From assembly GCA_951406725.2 (NCBI GenBank), contig OX597823.1, positions 72,664,001 through 72,728,000 of the forward strand: a stretch of DNA of 64,000 bases. The letters run 5' to 3'. Both the position numbers and the translations under genes were made by a program. Source of the stretch: Octopus vulgaris (Eukaryota). Shown here one piece after another: positions 1 to 14,159 of this stretch. How positions within the stretch are numbered: position 1 is the first letter of the stretch; the number at the start of each line of letters is the position of its first letter. The notes below the pieces were generated by a model. It did no database searches, was not told the DNA's origin, and saw only the letters and a list, made by a program, of their open reading frames with translations.

Positions 1-284
1 ATTCTTTGTATTTCAAGATATTTTTATGTAATTTTGGTAAATGTGGCTGTTAAAATGAGATGCGAATTTTATTTTCATTTTCGAGTAATTTAGACGACAA
101 TTTATTCACCGCATCCTGCATTCGCCCATTTGAACGTGGATGTTCTATAAGGACAAACAACAATTGATAAATACCTTGAGGGAAATTCTCGTATTGGCTT
201 TTGTTGCAAATTGGCCACTTGATATGTATCGCAGTATAGTTCTGTTCTAACACAGAACATCGACGTCTAAATGAGCATAAATAT

Positions 285-392
285 TACTTTGCCTTTCGGG
301 GTTGATAAATTAAGTACAGTTTGCTTTCTTAGGTCGATCTTATCGACTGGCCTACCCCCCAAAAAATTTAGGGGCTTGTGCCTAGAGTAGAA
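285..392 (+). mobile_element. SINE family D-like 3' fragment
   Basis: CCTTTCGGGGTTGATAAATTAAGTAC...GGCTTGTGCCTAGAGTAGAA. Confidence 0.6.
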
Positions 393-663
393 TATTTATT
401 AATTTGGATAATGTTCACATTTTGTATTTTAAAATCTAAAACTACACGCGTATATGCCCAACGCCACGCACACATGCAAACATATACACACACACGCGCG
501 CATACACACACACGCGTGCATACACACACACGCACATGTATAAATATATATGATTTTTGATTTTGATTTTTCCAGTTTCAGCTCATGAGCTGTGGCCATG
601 CTGGGGCACCGCCATTGTATATATATATATATACATACAGACATGTAAAGTCTGCTATTATTG

Positions 664-723
<60 letters not shown>

Positions 724-1912
724 CATACATGTAAAGTCTGCTATTATTTTTAAATAACAAGATGTTAGTGGCGAATAGCTATTTAATATAATATTATTAG
801 ACAGTAACCGATAGACAATTTTAGTACTATTTCTGAACAATCTATTATGGATTAATCAGCACTTTGTTTCCAAGCAGGGTAAGAGTTAATACAATACAGA
901 TTCGTCTAAACGAATGTATTTCCGAGATTAAAATAAACGTTGTCTTAAATAAACAATTCTGTACTTTGTATTATTTAATTCCCCCAGCTTAATTATATAT
1001 TTCGAAAGATAATTTTTATAGTCTGAATTGCTTAATATGTCGTTATTGTGAAGAGGTCATAGAAATGTCTTCGAAAGTTCAAACAATTAATTATATATGT
1101 TTCGGTATATTGAAGAAAAATGAATACATAAAGGAATAAAAACATCTTCTTGTGAATATATTATTGGTGTGAGTCCTATTACTGATAGCTGAAAATTAGT
1201 AATATTATGTAGTTCTAAATAGACCGTTCACGCACGAACACATACATTTCCATACACTTAGAGGCATACAGACTTGCACACAAGGGTATACCACACATAT
1301 CTGTGCATGCGTATGTGCATTTCTTTAAATATATACAGAGAAACATATATCAGAATGTCGTTGGTTAAACAGTGCGGATAAAATTTCAATATATTTTTCT
1401 TACATATGCACAAAAGTGGGAGATTTGAATAGAAATTTATAAAAAGAAAACATGAAATGCAGAAATATATTACCTGATTAAATATGCTTACTACCTATAG
1501 GCATAAGGGTAAAAATATGTGGGTCATAGGGCTAGTCGATGACATCACTCCAGCACGAATCATAAAATAATACATCTCTACTGAAAATAAGGTCAACCAC
1601 GGGTGATTTTAATGCATACAACGATGCTACCATGCGGGTTGTCCGGTGTGCGAACAATAATATTAATTAATAATAATTTCTTGCCGTGTAGACAAATTTG
1701 AAGGGCTGGTCCATCATCAGTGCCATAGTGTTAAAGCTGGTGCATGCAGAATATCCGCAGCTGTGGAGAAACACGTGATACTTCAAAAGTGGCAAATTTG
1801 AACTAAAGACACGTAACTAAATATTAACCCTTAAATTGCCATAAATATATATATTGATTATTCATGCATGGCTTCGTTCCTTGGCACTGACATTACCCTA
1901 AGAAAATACATA

Positions 1913-2075
1913 GGCGTAGGAGTGGCTGTGTGGTAAGTAGCTTGCTTACGAACCACATGGTTCCGGGTTCAGTCCCACTGCGTAGCACCTTCGCCAAGTG
2001 TCTTCTGCTATAGCCTCGGGCTGACCAAAGCCTTGTGAGTGGATTTGGCAGACGGAAACTGAAAGAAGCCCGTCG

Positions 2076-2153
<78 letters not shown>

Positions 2154-2366
2154 TGTGTCTGTGTTTGTCCCCCCAACATCGCTTGACAACCGATGCTGGT
2201 GTGTTAAGTCCCTGTAACTTAGCGGTTCGGCAAAAGAGACCGATAGAATAAGTACTAGGCTTACAAAGAATAAGTCCTAGGGTCGATTTGTTCGACTAAA
2301 GGCGGTGCTCCAGCATGGCCACAGTCAAATGACTGAAACAAGTAAAAGAGTAAAGAGTAAAGAGTA
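1913..2366 (+). mobile_element. tRNA-derived SINE, family A (internal (TA)n(TG)n, AAGAGT tail)
   Basis: A/B-box-like TGGCTGTGTGG / GGTTCAGTCCC; near-identical copies at 18502 and 27912. Confidence 0.92.
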
Positions 2367-4373
2367 AGTCGCAAAATCTACTTCAAAATAGCGTTTTTAA
2401 GGCGTGTGGTGAAGAAATATGCACAAAAAAATAGCTGCCATAACATTTATGATGATTTCAAACTTTGGCACAAGGCTAGAAATGTGTGAGGGAGGAGTAT
2501 ACATATGCACACAAGGAGTGTAACCACCACGTGTTCTGTAATACACTATGTTTGATAGTGTATTGCAAAATGTAGTTCTTGAATATTTTAAACTAATAAA
2601 TGTCTGTTTTAAGCAATGTTTTGACTCTTACTTATAGCAACTCTTGTTGGTTTGCTCCTAGCTTTTAATTATTTAACTGTAGGTAGCTTAACGTTTTGAC
2701 ATGCCTGTGTCCCACTTTTTCTCGCTACTCTAACAGATGATGGAAGAGGCAGCGAACGCACTGTTTTCTGATAGGCTACAAATTCTGAAAATTTGAACAC
2801 GTGTAACATTTTCACAAATATATTCTGGAATTAATGAATAACAAATTCGGATTCAGTGTCAAAAATTATATCTTATATGATCCATAAAATTTTATTTAAT
2901 ATTTCGGCATGGTGTGAAGTTTCTGCTATTTTGTTTATTCTCGGTGTTCGGGAATAATAGTTAAGTTTAGCTATTGTTTATACTGAAACATTTAACAACA
3001 GAATAACATAATAGTGGCAAATTCCTAATCTTAATTGTTGTCCCATTAAAATACCTACTAATTTTCCTGGAGTTATATATTAGTTAAATTTTAAATCTTT
3101 GTTATATTATAATCGGAACATACGTAACATATATTACAATCTAGTAATCATATCAGAAAACACCTGTCTTTGGGTTTTATTTATTCCTAAGGAATGTTTT
3201 TTTTTATATATATTTATCCAGTAAAGCTGGTCATAAAAATAAAAAAAACTTCTGTGCTCTATGCTAATACATCTTTAATGATCTGAAAAGAAATCCGTTA
3301 TTCTTCCAAACTTTCATTGATATTCTTTACCTGAAGTTACTTTCGATATTGAGCTATAATGTAATTATCAAAGCAAAACTGCTTGCAATATATCATAAAC
3401 TGAAATAATATATTCAACGTCATATGTACTGAATAAAATAAGTACTTTTGCTTTATTCCAAATAAATTTACTTTTTATATACTTAGTATCATAAGAGTAT
3501 TTATTAAGGTAGTATAAACTATGGGAGCGAATTAGTATGCATACCTTATTTCACACTAAATCCACGTTATCTCATTTTTGTTACATTTAATCCAACAAGC
3601 TGTTATGCTTTCCAATCATTTTTCAACCAATTCATTATCTCTGTAATCTCATGTAGAGTGTATTTACAGTGTTATTGTACCATAAATAAATGATTTTGAA
3701 TCTAAATGCACGGTATTATTATGCAACATGAAATACAATGTACTGAAATTCAATATACTATTCCGGACAAGTGAAATCACGCTACCAAATGTAAGCACAT
3801 GGTCGTATGAAAATAGAAAATATGTAACTGTTTGCATCGTTCTTGTATTCACGTGTTAAAGGCATTGAAATTGTGTCTATTGCAATTATTACTCCTTATT
3901 TTATCTCGTATACAAAATTATACAATGCATGTTTATTAACTGCTAAATTTTGTTTTGTTTCTAGCAGAGTAATTGTTGTAAAACTAATTGCTAGCTTACA
4001 CTGAGTCAAAAAAGCAATGAAGATTTTAAATTTGTTTTCTCCTATTGCATTTCGTGATGCAAAAACGACAGATACGCCCAGAATCAATATAGTATGAATT
4101 TTTTCGAGTCAAAATGAAACCTATATTAGTTTCGATTAAAGTCAAGTTCAATGCTGCCTGAATATATTAAAACATTCTAAATACCTTCATTATAATACTA
4201 TTAATGCCATTTAGACATATATTAAAATAGAAACTCCCCTCTCCGCCTTTTCCATGATATCGTTTCTATTTTCACAGTAATTTTTCACATCTTTTACGAG
4301 ATAAATATTCGAAAACGATTATATATTTCCATCTCCTCCAAATTTTCCATCCGTTCAAGTTTGTTTTTAACAG

Positions 4374-4640
4374 CTGGAGTCATTGCTTGGCAGTTAAATT
4401 CCAAGTTATGTAATTTTAAACTCATATTGTTTAAATTCAACTATGAATCTGAAAATGATTGCATCATTTATACTTTCCGGATTACTTTTTCAAAGTCGTC
4501 CGGACAAACATTCCTTTGTCAGATGTTGTGTACCTCAATCCGAGTACATTTTTGGGGAGTTTATTTTGAATCAAATACCCTTTCCCAATCCTTCTAATCA
4601 AAATAAAAGAGTAGGTGGAATGCAGATGGCAAGAACTTGA
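4374..4640 (+). other. Candidate orphan exon containing a 65-aa ORF with a hydrophobic N-terminus
   Basis: ttgtttttaacag|CTG...CTTGA|gtgagt; ORF MNLKMIASFILSGLLF... has no recognisable family. Confidence 0.2.
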
Positions 4641-6657
4641 GTGAGTACATGTGAGTTGTAACGTCCGTTAACGGAAGATGGAAGTGACAAATATTTAATT
4701 AGAACTTTATTAATAAAGTGTCTTATTAAGAACATGACAGTACGTTCAAGGTATGATGGAAAATAATTTGGAATATTATTTTCGATGACATACTGAAGAC
4801 AGAATATTTGAAATTAAAAAAGATACGTTGAATTATATATAAATATTGCATTTCACACGTACAGAAATGAACAGCATGGATTAGATACACATAGCATGCA
4901 TGCAAACAGACCCATGCAAGCAAGCACAAACAAACTAAATGTATGTATATGCAAATATTCCCGAAAGATAACACTGTTCATATCTGTCACTTACAAGAAA
5001 TTCTTAATATTTCTGTTTCTGAACTCAGACAAATTTATCAAAAATGTTCTCGAAACCAATATTTGCCTGTTATTGTTTATAGCTATATAAATGACTCCAG
5101 ATCCAATTCAAAGAAAGAATTATTTGTTTCAATTATTTATATCTTCTATTATATTTTGTCTTCCTCCAGCTTTTAATTTTACAGCAAGTGTTACTTTTCT
5201 TCTCCGATTTCTTAAACAGGAACTTGTCTATCCAATTTACATTAGGTTTTCATTTCTTGTGATATTCTTCCGAACAGCTTTTTCAATTCAAATAGTATTA
5301 ATTATTTTGTCATTGAGAAATATTTATCACCTTATTTTACACAGTTAAAGCCTTACCATCTCTATATATAAAAAGGTTCCTCAGTTTTTCATTAAATGAG
5401 AATTAGCCTCCAAAAGGTCTCTTCATTTGACAAAGAGCTATTCCATTATATTTCGATATAGTATACAAATTTATCTCTCTAGTTCTATCTCTGCTGTTCT
5501 TTCTTAGAGACGATAGCTATGTTATAGTATAATGGTACACTGTTACTACTTTTAAATCTTATTTCTATTGTAGACCTCTATCTTCGTCCATTCAGTCTAG
5601 TCTTTTCTTCGTGCAATCTTATTCTCTTACTTTCTTCATTCCAAACAAATATCTTCTTATCTACTGGCCTGCAGAGTATTGCCTGTACATGCATATATAC
5701 ATACACATAGATATCCATTCAGATCTGTGAGTATTCTAATCCACATCCTTTTATACTTCACTCTTTCTCACTCTTCATCATCTTTCTCAACACACAATAC
5801 TTTCTCCTACTTCGCAATTGCTTGACACCTAAAGGGTAAACTAGGAAATAGAAAAGAACAAGTGATTTCGTACTACGCAATATTGATACGTCATATATTC
5901 TAATTGTTTTCGAAAGTCTAATGACCGAATGAAATTTTATACTGATAAGCATTTGTTTCTGGAACATATAGAAAGCTAGCAGAAAAGGAAATTTCGCATT
6001 TAGTGTTATTACAATATGTGGAATTAGCATATATATTACAATGGTGACTAACGAAGGAGAATGCATTCATGCGAAAATATATTTGCTATCTGACTTTCTT
6101 AACCAGAAGCTGCATTATTCTCAATAGGAGTTGAAATGAAACTGTGGACATGTGCTAGTGGTTGACATATTTACTTTATGACAATCTCCCATTAAATATA
6201 TTGCAACAGTGATAGTGATGAGATGATGTTACTTTCAAGAATCATCGAGTGAATGGATACGGCTGCAGTTGAATAGAGAAAAGTACCATGATGTGACTAC
6301 AGCAAATCTCTTTATGCATATTACTACGTTGCTTTATGACACACAGCTAGAAGGAAATGGCGTTGTAGTCACATATGTTAGAAATTTAGTTACAATGTTA
6401 TAACTGGAAATTATTATTTCAATACCTAAGTGATTAATTACAGTCACCATAAATTACTTCTGTTTATTTCCAGTATAAATGTTTCATTCCGTTACTTTGA
6501 TATAGGTCATTTGGAATATATAGCCGATATTCCTACAAGCTCGCTAAGAAAACCGAGATTGTATCATGCACTAAACAGGATGCGCGTAGCATGCATAAAT
6601 GTGCTTGTCACCTGCGTAAATGTTATCCGCAAACGTAACGTGTATCCGAAAGTGTAC

Positions 6658-6726
<69 letters not shown>

Positions 6727-6964
6727 AGAAAGATATATATATATATATATATATATAATTAAGACAGAAATATATACGTCAATAAAGTAACTGAGGGTAG
6801 AAGTCAGCACCAGCATTGCTAGAAATAAAAGTTGAAACAACTCATAGCCACGCGAAGCACATATCTGAATGACTCACAAAGGAGGCAAGCTCCATCAACG
6901 TCCAAGCGCTATCCCCGGTTCTACCTTGATGATTATATTATTAAAATACCTGACTCTGTCGGGT

Positions 6965-7712
6965 CAAGCTCACTTCATCTCTTTACAGCAGTGCTTAGTA
7001 TGAAAGCGTATGGCATATGACAGAGAAAGTTGAGCAGAGAATCTGCATCAAATTATGACAAGCTTGGCGATACCTGCTCAGACCCCTACGCAAAGTTTTC
7101 AAAACTTTTCATCGTTCTCAGCAAAATCAAGGAGATCTTGTGCAACTGAAATCCGAGTGTCTTTTTGATCAGCTGAAATCAGTTTTGGCACGAACTTGGT
7201 AGACACACGTCTTATACCCAAATCGTCAGTAATAATGGACTGAACTGAAGCGTAACTAATTTTCGTAGCTTCCGATAACTGACGGATCGTGATTCGACGA
7301 TTTCCCCTCACAGCTGCACACACATCTGCGATGCTTTTCTCAGTTCTGCTGGTTGCGAATCTCCCAGAACCTTTGTCACTATCGACATTTTTTCAGCCAT
7401 CTTGGAAGCACAATTAGACTACTCGTCTAATTGTGTGCGGCCCATACAATCCTCTTCCTACATTTTCTGCAACTTTGCGCAGGCCTCTGAGCTGTTCTCG
7501 CCATGAAAACCTCTGTCATGGTCAATGCGACGATCAGACACTACACACCGTCATTCCAAGCACTGTTGCAAACAGGGGAAGTGAGCTAGAAGGTTAAAAC
7601 AATGTGCATAGGCAATAGAGTTCAAGGTTTATCTTTACCAGGCAACTTCACACTGCTTGATTTAGTTTCGTTACTACGGCAACAGTCCGTATACTTATTG
7701 ATCAGACCTCGT
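6965..7712 (-). mobile_element. Non-autonomous mariner derivative built from two 5' ends
   Basis: Minus-strand HTH relic (VRGNRRITIRQLSE...RRVSTKFVPKL); TIR-like CGAGGTCTGATCAATAAGTATACGGAC at the right end; plus-strand MTEKVEQRICIK start at ~7018. Confidence 0.85.
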
Positions 7713-7941
7713 CCATACATACATCCCGGGAAATTGAAGGAATTTAGAGATAGCAGTCGAGCAGTGAGGAGTTAAGTATTGGGGTTTAAAGGTGTGTGAG
7801 AAAGGAACGAAAATGGGAAGGAACGTGACAGGAAACGTTGCAAAGAAACGAGATGAGTGAAAGTGTACACATGATTGCATGTATGTGCGTCATGGGTGCA
7901 TGCGTATATGTGCTTCCTACATATGCTATATATGTGTATGT

Positions 7942-8255
7942 GAAGGCATATGGCTTAATCGTTTGCGCATTCGGCTCTCAATTGCGAACTCTTGAGTTCA
8001 ATTCCCGGCGATAAGTTATGTCTTTGAGCAAGACACTTTATTTCACGTTGCTCCAGTCCACTCAGCTGACAAAAATGTCTAGTATATGTATTTCAAAGAG
8101 TCCGTCTAGTCACATTCTGTATCACGCTCAATCTCCCTGAGAACTATGTTAAGTGTATACATGTCCGTGGAGGGCTCAGCTACACGTACGCTTATTTCAC
8201 CAGTAAGCTGCTCCTTTGATCGGATCAACTGAAACCCTCGTCGTCGTTTCCGACA
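7942..8255 (+). mobile_element. tRNA-derived SINE, family B
   Basis: GAAGGC.TATGGCTT...GAGTTCAATTCC...TTGAGCAAGACACTTTATTTCA. Confidence 0.8.
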
Positions 8256-8469
8256 AGGGGCTAAACATAGAGGGGACAAACAAGGACAGACAAAGGGATT
8301 AAGTCGATTACATCGAACTCAGTGCGAAATTGGTACTTTATTTATCGACCCCGAAAGGATGAAAGGCAAAGTCGACCTCGGCGGAACTTGAACTCACAAC
8401 GTAACGACAGGCGAAATTCCGCTAAGCATTTCACCCGGCGCGCTAACGTTTCTGCCATCTCGCCGCCTT
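8250..8469 (-). mobile_element. tRNA-derived SINE, family D
   Basis: Minus strand GGCGGCGAGATGGCAGAAACGTTAGC...GAGTTCAA.TTCCGCCGAGGTCGACTTTGCCTTTCATCC. Confidence 0.85.
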
Positions 8470-8487
8470 TTATATATATATATGTAC

Positions 8488-8554
<67 letters not shown>

Positions 8555-8564
8555 AATCCTTAAA

Positions 8565-8800
8565 ATCCTTAAAATTGTCTCAGCCGAAGGATGCGGCCAT
8601 GCTGGGGCACCACCGCTGAATGAGCTACACTAATATGTGAATCCACCTCTGATACGTGGCACTTGGCACTTTGTGAAGCAGAGATCCAGTATATTATTTG
8701 TCCTTGTTGGTTGCAGCACTATTTGCTCCATGAAAGAGGCATTTGTGAGATGGAGCAGGGACTCTGCCTGTGTCTGCTGATGGTGTGTCATCCCTGGGAG
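8565..8800 (-). mobile_element. CR1/L2-like fragment: endonuclease piece fused directly to a 3' tail
   Basis: FMEQIVLQPTRTNNILDLCFT followed by GGTGCCCCAGCATGGCCGCA...(TTTTAAGGA)2. Confidence 0.7.
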
Positions 8801-9232
8801 CATATATATATATATATATGTACACAAATATATATTTATTTATTTAAACACACACACACACAAATTTATTTAAGTATGTATGACGGTGCCCCAGCAAATC
8901 CACCGACTAGTGACTGAAGCAAGCAAACTTTCGAAGATATGCACTTGTGTGTGTGTGTGTGTGTTTTTGTTTGTGTTAGTGGTTTCAGAGTTTGTGTTTC
9001 AGACTTTAAATATTTATATGAACATATACATAAGTTCGTGTAGGTTTCTTTGCAGACCTACTCACATACACTTCTGCAGTTGTAGATACAATTGGGTTAG
9101 CTTAAATATATATGCACGCAAATAAGACTTTTTGCGGTAGTATATAGAAAGATACAAGTCTATATATCTGCCTATCTATCTAGCTGTCTATCCATCTATA
9201 TCTATCTATCTATCCAATACATATATATATTA

Positions 9233-9270
<38 letters not shown>

Positions 9271-9744
9271 AATTTATACAAATGTGTGTGTTTCTTTCTC
9301 TTGACACACACACACACATGTGTGTATATATGTATATATTGCTTAAAAACATGTGTACGTTTGAATTACATATGCATATGCATCTATCTTGTGCATTTCA
9401 TTTAATATAATATTCTATTTCTCCTAAAATTTTATAGCTCTTTTGAACATTTTGGTTTATCATATGACTCTTCAAAAGGAATCTTTGATTGAATATTCGA
9501 TAAATAAGTTGTAACTTATAACTATATAAAAAGTGAAATTATGATATTTATGATATTGTAACTCCTTGCTTACCTCCTATGATCTTATGTCGTTCGTAAC
9601 TCTGATGCATCATTTTACCTTTGTACTTGTTTTTACTTCGTATCTATCAATGACTTGTAGTGACGAGATATTTCGTTATGCAAAGATATTATACTACAAT
9701 GTATGCCAAACATTTTTCTAAGTGAATGATGTTTACTACTATGT

Positions 9745-9910
9745 TAGCAGTGCCCTTAAATCACGTGTCAGGAATTCCACTGGTACTTAAGTTATCGACC
9801 CAGAAAGAATGTAACGTAAAGTCGTCCTCGGCGGAATTTGAAACCAAGAACGTAGCGACGGATGGAATACTGCTAATTATTTCGTCCAGCGTGCCTCTGT
9901 CAGCTCACCT
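9745..9910 (-). mobile_element. SINE family D-like fragment
   Basis: AAAGTCGTCCTCGGCGGAATTTGAAACC. Confidence 0.7.
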
Positions 9911-9911
9911 G

Positions 9912-9949
<38 letters not shown>

Positions 9950-10212
9950 TAGGTCACTTGACCATTTAACACTACTACAATCATTCTACTTGCATTCCTT
10001 CTTATTCTCCCTTCTCTTTCTCCTTCTTCTTCGTCTTCTTTCTTTTCGCCACCGCCTTCTTAACTTTACGTCTATTGTTGTTTAGAATAACACCTACGCA
10101 AATTTTATAAACAAAATATTCAAAAGAGATTTCTGAAGAATTCAATCACTATTACCATTCACAACCGGACACTTGACCATTTAACATACTACTATCATGA
10201 CAGACTCGCATT

Positions 10213-10507
10213 CTTCTTCTTCTTCTTCTTCTTCTTCTTCTTCTTCTTTATCTTCTTCTTCTTAATCTTCTTCTTCTTCTTCTTCTTCTTCTTCTTCTTC
10301 TTCTTCTTCTTTTTATTCTTCCTCTTCTTCTTCTTCTTCTTCTTCTTCTTCTTCTTCTTCTCCTCCTCCTCCTCCTCCTGCTTCTCCTCTTCCTATTCGT
10401 CCTTCTTCTCCTCTTCCTCCTCCTCCTCTTCTTCTTCTTCTTCTTCTTCATCTTCTTCTTCTTCTTCTTCTTCTTCTTCTTCTTCTTCTTCTTCTTCTTC
10501 TTCTTCT
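10213..10507. repeat. (CTT)n/(CCT)n microsatellite
   Basis: Direct reading. Confidence 0.98.
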
Positions 10508-10644
10508 CCCCAACGACCTTGAACCCACAAGAGTAAACAAGAGAGACAGAGACAGGCAGAAACAAAGAAAATGCTCCTTGTATTTGAATAGTATGGAAAC
10601 ATTCCTTTTAATTTTTCCAAAATTTAATTCTTTTCCATACTAAA

Positions 10645-10679
10645 AGTTGAAAAAGTCTCAATGACTGAAGCCGGTGCTG
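10645..10679 (+). ncRNA. Degenerate second copy of the U3-A8 hammerhead-like motif
   Basis: AG-TTGAAAA-AGTC(TCAAT)GACT-GAAG-CCGG-TG-CT. Combined with the 20.8-kb copy, the consensus is GAAACCGGTA. Confidence 0.45.
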
Positions 10680-11676
10680 AAATGTTTTTTTATAAAATTA
10701 ACTTAGCATTTTCTACCCTGACTTTTTTCCAACATATACATGTGTGTGTGGTGTGTGTGTGTGTGTGTGTGCGTGTACGTGTGTGTGAGTATGTGTGTGT
10801 TTGTGAGTGTACGTGTGTAAATTCCATGGCATATTCTTAATGCATGTATTCTGCTCGTTCACTGGTACCGTGCAGTAGCGCCGTGGGGATGAGTTCCTCT
10901 AAGCGCTTGGTTTGAAAACACCTGGAAGCCATAGATGGGTGAGAGAACTCGCCCCTCTCCCCGTTCAGGAACGATAGATATCGATATTTAGCAATGTTTG
11001 TGGCTTATCAATATAACGTAGCTCAATCAAACCCGTGGCGAAGTCAATCGGCATTCTATGAGAATAGGTATGATACTTTCTTTCCCATAGCGGGATCAAA
11101 AGTCTGGCGAAAACTTTGTCGGTATATAATGACGTTCTCATATCCAGAAGATATTAGCAAGTATATAACTACAGGAATAAATGTGTGACAAAATAAAAGC
11201 CAAAGAGATTATTAGATTTATGTTCATTCAGCATTAGACTACACTTGCTTCGGCCGTAAAGGATCCTGAACACAGTAGTGTGTGCCACTGTGATATTTTT
11301 TAGCTTCATAAAGAGATTGCATTTACCATTGGGTTGACAGTCATTTATTGCCATATGTAAAAAAAAAAAAACGTTGTGCTTCACTTACATGAGTCCTTTA
11401 CAAGCACAGAGATTTGTGTGTATATGAGTGTGTGCGTGTGTGAGCGCGTGTGTGTACGCGTGTGCATCTGATGTGCGCCTGCGTATGTGTTTGATGGAAG
11501 GAAAAGTAAAAGAAATGTGCATATTGATATTTCTTATTCTCAGTATGAGTAGATGCGAATGTAATTTCATGTGGCACACATACACACACAAACGCACACA
11601 CACATACACACATACACACACTTACACAAACACACACACACGCACACACACATATATATGTATAAGTGTGTGTGTT

Positions 11677-11721
<45 letters not shown>

Positions 11722-11723
<2 letters not shown>

Positions 11724-11858
11724 TGGCTTCTTCCTCCCAAATCCATTCAGAAAACTTTGGTCAACCCGGGGCTATACTAGAAGACACTTTCCAAAAGCGC
11801 TAACCGGGAACTACATGGCTCGGAAGTAGCAAACTTCTTAGCGCACACCCACGCCTGC
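11722..11858 (-). mobile_element. SINE family A, 5' fragment
   Basis: Diverged reverse complement of the family A head. Confidence 0.75.
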
Positions 11859-11904
11859 ACACAAAATGTTAGATAGCTCTTTAGTGTGTGGGATTGGTGA
11901 TCTG

Positions 11905-12032
<128 letters not shown>

Positions 12033-12079
12033 TATATATATACATATATATGTGACATCTTTGTCTGCTTCCTCAAGGT

Positions 12080-13190
12080 ACGATTTTCTATGCTTCTCGT
12101 TGATTTTTCCTTTGCCATGGTGTTGTTTTCATAACGGATTGTTCTCCTCACTTTTCTCTCGTTACCACTCTTGTTTTATTTTGCAACATTGTTTATGGAT
12201 ATTTCCTCTTCTCGTTTGGTGTGTTCTGTTCATAGTTGTAGTTTTTTTTTTTTTTTGTAATTTTAATATCACTTTTTATAGAGATTTCAGCTAACATGAC
12301 TGCATCAGTTGTTTGAATTGTTCGTCATATCTTATTTTTCGTGAATAGAGAAATGATATTCCTGTTTCCATACAGCATAACGTTTGCACGTGTCGCTGTT
12401 TCTTTTAGCTTTTCACCTTCTTTTTCCTCAATGATGAAGTTTCTGGGGAGGATGGGGCTTCCGTTGGTTCACCAATTTTGGTAGGCCTTGCCTATGCTTT
12501 CACATCGAATAATTTTACAATATGCATGTTTGCGTTGAATTAGAAGTTTAATCAGAATTGTGGTTTCATTGATGTTTGTTTTATATATCCACTTTTGTTA
12601 GTTTCTTGTAAATTTTTCTTAGAGATACGGGTGGTAGTTTGGTAGAATCTATGTTGCTCGTTCTTATAGCTAGAGTATATTTCAGGAGAGTTTCTTGTGT
12701 AGGAATATCTTGTTTTGAAATCAGCAGGTTGAAATTACTAAATATTTCTGTGAGGCGTTACTTCACGTTTTTATCCACAATTCTGACTACAACGACTACA
12801 ACCATTAAAATCTGCACTTCACCTTCAAGCAATCTATGCATATTCGTATGTACAAGACGCCAGAATCAATGAATCACAATCAAACACACAACCGAAGGAT
12901 ATCAGGAACGTAGAGGGAAAAAAAGCCGATATACGTAAGCAAAATCCAGTGAAAACACATCTCTGAATTAAACTTCTGAAGAAACAAAAACTTCCATATT
13001 GTAAAAGTATTCGATGTGACAACATAGTCAACATATTTCAAAATTCGTGAAAGAAACAAAAATGCCCAATCCTCCACAAAAAGATTCCTCATCAGGGAAA
13101 GAAAATGTAAAACGCTAGACGAGAAAAGGATACGTGCAAACTTAGCATTATGCGGCCTGTAAACAGAAATAACCTTGGTACAATCATGAA
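12080..13190. mobile_element. Diverged inverted pair of retroelement coding relics (possibly Penelope N-terminal region)
   Basis: 12350-12600 (-) and 12940-13185 (+) share TTAAACTTCT, CATATTGTAAAA.TATTCGATGTGA and ACGTGCAAAC; PILP.F.I.E-like peptides in both. Confidence 0.45.
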
Positions 13191-13262
13191 GGTATATATA
13201 TACACCTATGGCCTAGCGTGTAGAAAAATTAGTCAATAGGCTATATATTATTCATATAAATA

Positions 13263-13509
13263 CAGTGTATATTTAAACACATAAGCGGTATCCTTCATAG
13301 GATTCCTTTTGCGCTAGAAGGAACAGCTAAAGTCCAAACCTCTATTAGGGATAAAAACTCGAAGGGAATGAAAAATAATTACATTTACCATCTATTTCCT
13401 AGACCATAGTTTCTGACTTTTATTTAACAAAGGAAATAATTAGCTAGGCTGTTCCTTCTAGCGCGAAAGGAATCCTATGAAGGATACCTCTTATGTGTTT
13501 AAACGGACA

Positions 13510-13512
<3 letters not shown>
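13263..13512. mobile_element. Tc1/mariner-type MITE, 250 bp
   Basis: TA|CAGTG...CACTG|TA with ~65-bp imperfect TIRs (TTTAAACACATAAG.GGTATCCTTCATAGGATTCCTTT.GCGCTAGAAGGAACAGC). Confidence 0.9.
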
Positions 13513-13555
<43 letters not shown>

Positions 13556-14159
13556 GTGAGTGTGTGTATTGGTGTCTATATATAAATCAGCCATACCTTC
13601 AGGGTTCTTTAGCCTTCATATTCGTAATCGTCATGAATTGTATCCCTGTGAGGTGTATTTCAAGAATCCCATCTGAAAGTACAAATCAATAAATAAATAG
13701 ATATATCTACACAGAGACACACACTTCATACAAAAGAATATTTTTCATTTGCTTCATGTTTTGCCAGAATACTTCAGCTCCGTTTCCTAACGCTCAAACA
13801 TCAGCGACAGATATATTCTGGCATTTTCTCCGATATCAATCGGAATTATTTTTAAAGTGCATATTATGTATCTGGAAGAAAAAATGCGTAAGTTCAGTTT
13901 CGGTTCGGAGATTTGGTTTCAGTCTTTGAGTTTAGGATTTTTGTTCCGAACTACCAATTTAATGGGAAAAGGAAACTGGAAGAGATTCAGGTTGTAATGT
14001 CTGCTATTTTTCTTTTCTATTGGATGTAGACTTTTAATACACAATGTCATGTCAAAGAAATCTAAAGAAACTGGACGAAACATTCACAGACTGAAATTTG
14101 TAGAGCCTTGTGTATTGATATAATCTGCGTGTTTGTGTGTGTGTGTGTGTGTGTGTATA

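Larger units (their letters stand above)
9950..10732 (+). mobile_element. Penelope-like 3' terminal repeat (same family as 20760-21250) with expanded (CTT)n and a partial upstream duplication
   Basis: Shares GAGAGACAGAGACAGGCAGAAACAA and GTTGAAAAAGTCTCAATGACTGAA with the 20.8-kb copy; CACTTGACCATTTAACA occurs at ~9955 and ~10170. Confidence 0.7.

Noticed and set aside
625-748. Direct repeat ACATGTAAAGTCTGCTATTATT around (TA)n
   Set aside because: Only two units; ordinary microsatellite-associated duplication, not CRISPR-like.
10248-10620. Poly-K/R and poly-E ORFs (protamine-like)
   Set aside because: Translations of the (CTT)n tract in a Penelope-like repeat.
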